This document shows, piece by piece, positions 57,895 through 64,000 of a stretch of 64,000 nt of DNA (its first letter is position 1; each line of letters begins with the position of its first letter). The position numbers and the translations under genes are program-made. The notes under the pieces are model-generated. The model did no database searches, was not told the origin of the DNA, and saw only the letters and a program-made list of their open reading frames with translations. Source of the stretch: an uncultured Lachnospiraceae bacterium (GTDB taxonomy: Bacteria > Bacillota > Clostridia > UBA1381); assembly GCA_964579875.1 (NCBI GenBank), contig CAZOHJ010000001.1, positions 44,871 through 108,870 on the forward strand, written 5' to 3'.

Positions 57895-58013
57895 GTTTTC
57901 CCGGCTCCCGTTATTTTATGCTTGTTATCATATCACTGTACACTTCAAAAATCAAGTCTTTTATTCTATGCTTTCCGAATAATTTATCATAAATACGCAA
58001 AAGCTTATATCGG

Positions 58014-58715
58014 GTGTTGATAATGATAATTGTTGTTATACGAACATTAATTTTATATGCCGTTGTGATCACGGCTCTGCGCATAATGGGTAAGCGGCAG
58101 ATCGGCGAGCTGCAGCCCTCTGAGCTTGTGGTTGCAATCATGATATCGGATCTCGCGACGGTTCCTATGGAATCGGTCGATATTCCGCTGCTGTCAGGAA
58201 TAATACCGGTTCTTACGCTGATCATGGCAGAGGTGATAACCTCATATCTCAGTCTTAAAAGCAAGCTTGTAAGAAAATTTGTTGTGGGTCAGCCGTCCGT
58301 TGTGATTTATAACGGAAAGATCAATGAACGGGAGCTTGAGAGACTACGCTTTAATCTTGATGACCTTTTAGAGGAGCTGCGCCTTAACGGATGCCATGAC
58401 ATTTCAGATGTTGAGGTTGCCGTTATTGAAACCAGCGGCAAGCTGTCGGTTATCCCGCGGGACAGCGCAAGATCCGTTACGGTTGAGGATCTGCAGCTCA
58501 CAAATGTAAGACACGACGGACTTCCCTGCACTGTTATTGCGGACGGACAGCTTAACGAATATGAGCTGAAACGCTGCGGCAAGACAAAAGACGAGCTTTA
58601 TGAGGAGCTAAGAAAATACGGAGCCGAAACCATAAGCGAGGTTTTCATTGCTTCAGTCGATGCTGAGGGTGAGCTTTTTGTACAGCTTAAAGACTCGGGA
58701 GGTAATAATATATGA
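58014..58715 (+). CDS. DUF421 (YetF/YrbG-like) membrane protein.
   Basis: N-terminal TM helices with LRIMGKRQIGELQPSELVVAIMISD, and a C-terminal soluble domain (LRLNGCHDISDVEVAVIETSGKLSV). Confidence 0.8.
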   Translation: MLIMIIVVIRTLILYAVVITALRIMGKRQIGELQPSELVVAIMISDLATVPMESVDIPLLSGIIPVLTLIMAEVITSYLSLKSKLVRKFVVGQPSVVIYNGKINERELERLRFNLDDLLEELRLNGCHDISDVEVAVIETSGKLSVIPRDSARSVTVEDLQLTNVRHDGLPCTVIADGQLNEYELKRCGKTKDELYEELRKYGAETISEVFIASVDAEGELFVQLKDSGGNNI

Positions 58716-59092
58716 AAAGCTTTTTCGTGGCGCTTTCACTTGCATTTGTTATTATAATATGCGGCTGCTTTTCGCTTAACCATGTTGAGCGCATATCCCA
58801 TAAGCTGTCCGAAGAAAACGACAGGATTATCTATGCGCTTGAAAATGACGATTTCGTATCTGCGGATACTTCAATATCTATATTATATGAATATATCGAA
58901 AAAAACGAGCCGTTCTTTGCCGCCATCGGCAACCATGAGGAAATAGACAATATTGAAATGAATCTTGCCGAGCTGAAGGCATACTCGGCAGGTCGTCTTA
59001 AATATGACGCGCTGGCGAAGTCGCGTTCTCTTGCCTTTCTTTTCGGACATCTACCGAAAAATTTGCGTATTAAAATAGAGAATATTCTGTAA
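58712..59092 (+). CDS. DUF4363-like small membrane-anchored protein.
   Basis: 126 aa. N-terminal TM helix followed by a helical region. A 4-nt overlap with the DUF421 gene reproduces the DUF421-DUF4363 pairing common in Clostridia. The family assignment is from memory. Confidence 0.6.
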   Translation: MKSFFVALSLAFVIIICGCFSLNHVERISHKLSEENDRIIYALENDDFVSADTSISILYEYIEKNEPFFAAIGNHEEIDNIEMNLAELKAYSAGRLKYDALAKSRSLAFLFGHLPKNLRIKIENIL

Positions 59093-59097
59093 AAAGC

Positions 59098-59126
59098 TTG
59101 ACAAAAATCGTAATTTGGTATATTAT
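59098..59126 (+). promoter_or_regulatory. Sigma-A type promoter for the lipoprotein gene.
   Basis: TTGACA (59098-59103), 17 nt, then TATTAT (59121-59126). A GGAGG RBS precedes ATG 59162. Confidence 0.5.
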
Positions 59127-59161
59127 ATATTAAATATACAAGCAAACAGGAGGTTTTTTTC

Positions 59162-59758
59162 ATGAAAAAAAGTACAATCTGTTCACTCGCGGCGGCTTCA
59201 TTGCTTACAGCCGCAATCAGCGGATGCGGTTCCACCTCCGGCGGAACTGATGAAGCATTCACTGCGGAGCCGGTAAAGGCCGACCCGATAATAACCGTAT
59301 TCAATGCATATGCGCCTCTTGAGGGCTATACCGAATATAGCAGCGCCGACGGCAGCTTCTCAATACAGTTACCTGACGGCAGCACAATTGATGACGCTAA
59401 TTCCGATAATGTGACCGTTACTGTTTCAAGCAGCTATGAAACTCCGGATCTTATCAATATTTCCAAATCGGACTCGGCGCAGAGGATCACCTCAACCGCC
59501 GAGCTTATGAAGATGCTTGAAAACGACAATTCAATCGATATAACAGGGTATTTCAACATCAGTAAGGACGGGGCTTATGAGGGATATAAATACACATATA
59601 CCTCAATTGACAATGAGACTCTTAAAGGCATTGTAAGCACTTTCTTCTCCGAGGACGGTACCGCGTATATTGTAAACGCCACGATTAATAATGGAGCAGA
59701 CGAAGAAAATGTCACAAAGATCAATACAATTGCAGACACATTCATAAACAACAGATAA
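59162..59758 (+). CDS. Hypothetical lipoprotein.
   Basis: Lipobox in MKKSTICSLAAASLLTAAISGCGS. The mature part is about 175 aa, beta-rich, with no recognised family. Confidence 0.65.
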   Translation: MKKSTICSLAAASLLTAAISGCGSTSGGTDEAFTAEPVKADPIITVFNAYAPLEGYTEYSSADGSFSIQLPDGSTIDDANSDNVTVTVSSSYETPDLINISKSDSAQRITSTAELMKMLENDNSIDITGYFNISKDGAYEGYKYTYTSIDNETLKGIVSTFFSEDGTAYIVNATINNGADEENVTKINTIADTFINNR

Positions 59759-59796
59759 ACAACCGGAGTGCGGCTTGACTGCGTTCAGAGATGTCC

Positions 59797-60903
59797 TCAT
59801 TTGTTTGACATATCCTTCATCAAATCATAAAGCTTGTCAAGCGCATCTGTTTTGGCAAGCTTTTTGAGATTATCGGACATCCGGTCAAGGTATCTGCCGT
59901 CACTCAGCATTTTTTCTATTTTTTCATAGAGAACCCTCGGGGAAAGCTCATCCTCGGTTATAACCTCCGCCGCACCGTTGCGTTCAAATTCGCGTGCATT
60001 CTGCTCCTGATGATTTCTTACAACATTCGGGGATGGAATAAGGATCGACGGCTTGCCCAGAGCCGCAATTTCCGAGACGGTGATCGCACCTGAACGGGCA
60101 ACCACAATATCAGCGGCAGCCATTGCATCCGCCATATTATCTATATAGGGTGTTATTTCAATATTCTTATCCTTATCCGTTACGCCAAGCTCCTTCGCTC
60201 TCTCTATTACCTTTATATAGTTACGTTCGCCTGTTCCGAACAAAAGTCTTATATTTTTATCCTCCTTTATACGCGGGAGCATTGAAATAACGGTTTCATT
60301 AATCCTATCCGCGCCGAGACTTCCTCCGAATATCAGAATGAACGGATCCTTTTTAAGTCCAAGCCTTTTGCGCGCCGCTGCTTTATCCGCTTTAAGTATT
60401 TCCGTCCTAACCGGGTTTCCCGTTACAACGCACTTATCCTTGTTCTTTAAAAAGCTTACCGTTTCATCAAAGCTCAGAGCAAGATATTTAACATACTTTT
60501 CCGAGCCTTTCACCGTAAGACCCGGATAAACATTCTGCTCATGAATAAGAGCGTTTACCCCCTCCTTCGAGGCTGCCATTGCAACAGGGCCGCTGACATA
60601 TCCGCCCGTGCATACCACGCAATCCGGCTTAAAATCGCGTATTATTCTGCGGCAGTCACGCTGAGCCTTCATAAGCTTTTTAAGCACGCTGACATTCTTA
60701 AGCATATTCTTGCGGTCAAAGCCCTCAATATCAATATACTTTATATCATAGCCCGCCTTTGGTACCAGCTTTGTTTCAAGCCCCCGGCGCGTTCCTATAA
60801 ACATCGCCTTAAAGCTCCTGTCATGCGCCCCGGCATAATCGGCAATCGAGATCGCCGGATTTATATGTCCGCCCGTGCCGCCGCCGGCAAATATAACTCT
60901 CAT
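59797..60903 (-). CDS. murG: Lipid II synthase MurG (undecaprenyl-PP-MurNAc-pentapeptide GlcNAc transferase).
   Basis: GGTGGHINPA and GGSLGA motifs. 368 aa. Confidence 0.93.
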   Translation of the reverse strand: MRVIFAGGGTGGHINPAISIADYAGAHDRSFKAMFIGTRRGLETKLVPKAGYDIKYIDIEGFDRKNMLKNVSVLKKLMKAQRDCRRIIRDFKPDCVVCTGGYVSGPVAMAASKEGVNALIHEQNVYPGLTVKGSEKYVKYLALSFDETVSFLKNKDKCVVTGNPVRTEILKADKAAARKRLGLKKDPFILIFGGSLGADRINETVISMLPRIKEDKNIRLLFGTGERNYIKVIERAKELGVTDKDKNIEITPYIDNMADAMAAADIVVARSGAITVSEIAALGKPSILIPSPNVVRNHQEQNAREFERNGAAEVITEDELSPRVLYEKIEKMLSDGRYLDRMSDNLKKLAKTDALDKLYDLMKDMSNK

Positions 60904-60924
60904 ATGTTCTTCCCTCTTTATAAA

Positions 60925-62322
60925 TTAATTTTTTACACTCTTTCTCGAAATATTCAACAATACGCCCATCTCCAGCAGAAGGATGAAGATTGATGTGCCT
61001 CCATAGCTGAAAAACGGAAGCGACACGCCCGTATTAGGTATTAAGGAAACCGCGACTCCCATATTCAGAACCGCCTGAATACCCAGCTGCGATGCAATAC
61101 CGATACAGGTGAGTGTTGACCATGTATCCGGCGCCTTGACCGCGACAGTCATCGCCCTTAAAAACAGCGCCGCAAACAAAAGAATTACCACAACTCCGCC
61201 TACAAAACCCAGTTCCTCGCATACAATAGCGAATATAAAGTCATTGTACGGCTCGGGAAGATGAGAATACTTCTGAACGCTCTGACCCAGTCCCAGCCCG
61301 AAAATTCTGCCTGAGCCGATCGCATATATACTCTGTGAGATCTGATAGCCGCTGTCCTGCGCGTCCGCGAACGGGTCAATAAGCGAATAAACCCGTTCCA
61401 TTCGGGTCGGGTCAAACTGGAGATATATAACTACCATTACGCCGAGCGCAAGTCCCGCAATTATTACCGATTTTATCGGAGTTCCGCCGGCAAGCATAAC
61501 GCATATTGCGATACCTACTATAATGATCGTGCCGCTGAGATGCGTTTCACACATAAGCAGAAAAGCAACTATACCGATAAATAACACACATTTGAAATTG
61601 TCCTTCAGCTTATGGAGATCTATATGTCCCCGTCTGACAAGATCCGCAATATACATCGCAATAACCGGCTTCATAAGCTCTGACGGCTGAAACTGGATAA
61701 ACGGAATGTTCAGCCATCTGCGGGCGCCGTACACCTTTACGCCTATGCCGGGAATAAGAACGAGTATAAGCAAAAGGACGCATATCCGGAAAGCGTGCGG
61801 TATCAGGTGCTGATAGCTTTCAAGATTAATTCTTGAAATTATGTACATACCAACAAAGCCCATAACGATAAACAGCAGCTGACGCTTAAAGAAATAATAT
61901 GAGTCGTCATATATGCTTTTCCCCGTAGGCGCTGACGCCGAAAGCATTACAATAAGCCCCAGCGCGACAATAAGTATTATAAGGAACAACAGGGTATAAT
62001 CAAGCTCTCCGCCCTTGACCATCTGTTCTCTTAGCGTCTTGCCTGCTCCGGTTCTGTCCTTCCTGACCGAATAACGTCCCGCTGCCTTTCTTTCCGCATC
62101 TGCCGCTGTCCGGCTTTTTCTGCCGGCAGTATTTCCGGCAGTCCTGTTTATTGATGCCGAAGCGGCGTTTTTGCCTGTACGGGAGGTATGTCCTGCGGTT
62201 CTTTTGGTACTTGTTGAGGATACGCTGCGTTCTGCCGTACGCTTTGTACTGCTTCTGCGCTTTGTCAGCCTGTCAGAAGCGGTCACACGTCTTGTTCCGC
62301 GGCCGTATTCAGAATTTGCCAT
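60925..62322 (-). CDS. ftsW: SEDS-family peptidoglycan polymerase FtsW/SpoVE with a basic N-terminal extension of about 105 aa.
   Basis: Ten-TM SEDS core (PSELMK, HLPEPYNDFIFA, SYGGTS). A strong AAGGAGAGGAG RBS lies 6 nt before ATG 62322, which supports the long form. Confidence 0.9.
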   Translation of the reverse strand: MANSEYGRGTRRVTASDRLTKRRSSTKRTAERSVSSTSTKRTAGHTSRTGKNAASASINRTAGNTAGRKSRTAADAERKAAGRYSVRKDRTGAGKTLREQMVKGGELDYTLLFLIILIVALGLIVMLSASAPTGKSIYDDSYYFFKRQLLFIVMGFVGMYIISRINLESYQHLIPHAFRICVLLLILVLIPGIGVKVYGARRWLNIPFIQFQPSELMKPVIAMYIADLVRRGHIDLHKLKDNFKCVLFIGIVAFLLMCETHLSGTIIIVGIAICVMLAGGTPIKSVIIAGLALGVMVVIYLQFDPTRMERVYSLIDPFADAQDSGYQISQSIYAIGSGRIFGLGLGQSVQKYSHLPEPYNDFIFAIVCEELGFVGGVVVILLFAALFLRAMTVAVKAPDTWSTLTCIGIASQLGIQAVLNMGVAVSLIPNTGVSLPFFSYGGTSIFILLLEMGVLLNISRKSVKN

Positions 62323-62340
62323 ATACAGCTCCTCTCCTTA

Positions 62341-63363
62341 TTAAGCAAAAAATGCTACAATACATAAAATCAATGTAACAAGCGTGAAAACCGTTACTAT
62401 CTTTGTCTCCTTCCACTTCATCATTTCAAAATGATGGTGGATGGGCGTCATCTTGAATATCCTGCGGCCCTCGCCGTATTTCTTTTTGGTATATTTAAAA
62501 TATGTTGTCTGCATGATTACCGAAAGCGTCTCCGCAAAATATACAAAGCCCGCAATAATCAGATACAGGTGCATATTCATTGCAACAGCCATAAGAGAAA
62601 CTGCCGCTCCTAAGAAAAGCGAGCCTGTGTCACCCATGAATATCTTCGCCGGATACTTGTTATATATGAGGAAGCCAAGAAGTCCTCCGGCAATTGCAGC
62701 GCCGAACAAGGCAATATCCATCTTCAGATCTCCGAATGCGCTTGCCGCAACTGCAGCAAAGAAAACAGCAACAACCACGGTTACGCTTGAAGCAAGACCG
62801 TCAAGTCCGTCCGTAAGATTTACGGCATTAACTGTTCCGACAACTACGAACATGACAAACGGTATGTACAGCCATATGGGTATAAAGAATGAATATCTTA
62901 TAAACGGTATCACGATCGCTGTACTCAATGCGCCCATACTGTACATTACAATCACATATACGGCCGCAAAAACAAGTTGCAGCAGAAGCTTCTGCAGCGG
63001 TGTAAGACCGAGATTTCTCTTCTTTACAACCTTAATATAGTCATCAATAAAACCTACAATTCCAAATCCGAGCGAAATAATATAGATTATCACCGCATAA
63101 AGCGCCGTTGCACCTATCGTGTCCGTGACAATAAATCTTACGGTAAGCCACGCTACGAGCGCCACGCCTATTCCGACTATAAACATGATTCCGCCCATTG
63201 TCGGGGTTCCTGATTTTTTCTGATGCCACTGCGGCCCCTCCTCACGGATTTCCTGACCATATTTCAGCTTGTGCAGCCATCGGATAAATGCCGGACCGAG
63301 AATTGCCGTTACGGCGAAAGCTATTACAAAAACAAATCCCATTGCTACTAATTTATTCTGCAT
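62341..63363 (-). CDS. mraY: Phospho-N-acetylmuramoyl-pentapeptide transferase.
   Basis: KSGTPTMGG, NAVNLTDGLDGLA, FMGDTGSL, PIHHHFE. Confidence 0.95.
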   Translation of the reverse strand: MQNKLVAMGFVFVIAFAVTAILGPAFIRWLHKLKYGQEIREEGPQWHQKKSGTPTMGGIMFIVGIGVALVAWLTVRFIVTDTIGATALYAVIIYIISLGFGIVGFIDDYIKVVKKRNLGLTPLQKLLLQLVFAAVYVIVMYSMGALSTAIVIPFIRYSFFIPIWLYIPFVMFVVVGTVNAVNLTDGLDGLASSVTVVVAVFFAAVAASAFGDLKMDIALFGAAIAGGLLGFLIYNKYPAKIFMGDTGSLFLGAAVSLMAVAMNMHLYLIIAGFVYFAETLSVIMQTTYFKYTKKKYGEGRRIFKMTPIHHHFEMMKWKETKIVTVFTLVTLILCIVAFFA

Positions 63364-63382
63364 AATAAATATTAATCCTTCC

Positions 63383-64000
63383 TCAGAGTGCTTTTATTGC
63401 CTCAGTAATTTTCTCAAAACGCATACCGTGTGACGCCTTGACAAGTACGCTGTCACCGCGCTTTACAAGCTTTGCGATATCTGCCGCAGTTTCCGCTGTG
63501 CTGCTGTATTCCCTGACATTTGTAAAACCTGCCGCTCTTGCGCCCTCTGCAATTCGCGAGGCATTTTCCCCGACCGTTATGAGCATATCAATTCCGCTTG
63601 CCGCAACGTCGGCGCCCAGATCAAAATGAGCCTTTTGTGCAAAATCACCCATTTCAAGCACATCGCCAAGAATTGCCGTCTTGCTGCCTTTAGCCGATGC
63701 CTGCAGAACCTTCAATGCCGCTCTTATCGAATCCGGTGATGAATTGTAGCAGTCGTTTATTATCTCAATGCCGTTATGTTCGATTATTTCAAGCCTTTGG
63801 GAGGTATACTCACATTCCTTAAGACCCTTTACACATTCCTCAACGCTGACGCCGAAATGAAGTCCGGCGCATACCGCGGCAAGAGCGTTATATACATTAT
63901 GCACTCCCGGCTGTGAGACCTCCGCTCTAAATTCGCCGCCATCATATACAACCGTGAACCTCACGCCGAAGCGTCCCTTGTTTTCTATGTCCTTCGCGTA
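63383..64000 (-). CDS. murF: UDP-MurNAc-tripeptide--D-Ala-D-Ala ligase. This is the C-terminal part; the gene runs off the right edge.
   Basis: The reading frame stays open upstream of the track's GTG at 63964 (YAKDIENKGRFG-VRFTVVYDG...). PGVHNVYNALAA, CYNSSPDS and LGDVLEMG motifs. It sits upstream of mraY. Confidence 0.85.
   Translation of the reverse strand, partial: YAKDIENKGRFGVRFTVVYDGGEFRAEVSQPGVHNVYNALAAVCAGLHFGVSVEECVKGLKECEYTSQRLEIIEHNGIEIINDCYNSSPDSIRAALKVLQASAKGSKTAILGDVLEMGDFAQKAHFDLGADVAASGIDMLITVGENASRIAEGARAAGFTNVREYSSTAETAADIAKLVKRGDSVLVKASHGMRFEKITEAIKAL

Overview
The window looks like Firmicutes/Clostridia chromosome, about 48% GC, with CCA-encoding tRNAs and sigma-A promoters with 17-nt spacers. 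This taxonomic placement is inference. About 55 genes are tightly packed.

Most are housekeeping:
- Translation: gltX-glnS-aminotransferase-trpS.
- Envelope and associated genes: wecA-like/wecB-ychF-radC-mscS.
- Competence and replication: comEC-holA.
- Other metabolism and repair: pepD, trpF, argJ-tadA, and recJ-relA joined directly to yaaA-recF-remB-gyrB.
- Two tRNAs, tRNA-Ser(CGA) and tRNA-Pro(CGG).
- The dcw genes murF-mraY-ftsW-murG.

Interspersed is a dispersed rhamnogalacturonan/pectin side-chain degradation apparatus:
- GH105.
- A LUD-YesL-CE12 operon.
- A 1493-aa PL11 lyase.
- A 1288-aa GH95.
- An SLH-anchored CE12 esterase followed by an anchor-only SLH paralogue.
- A second PL11 lyase immediately followed by a translationally coupled ECF sigma/anti-sigma pair.

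I found no CRISPR array, prophage, recognisable defence island or toxin-antitoxin pair. The most system-like and least explained signals are:
1. An unnamed C-terminal module of about 80 aa shared by three secreted CAZymes.
2. The PL11-ECF sigma-anti-sigma unit.
3. The argJ-tadA-CE12(SLH)-SLH-micropeptide string ending at an IS1634-like transposase remnant.
4. A 475-bp AT-rich control region, dense in TGTAAY hexamers, between an NlpC/P60 hydrolase gene and comEC.

All functional calls rest on motif recognition by eye. No database search was run.
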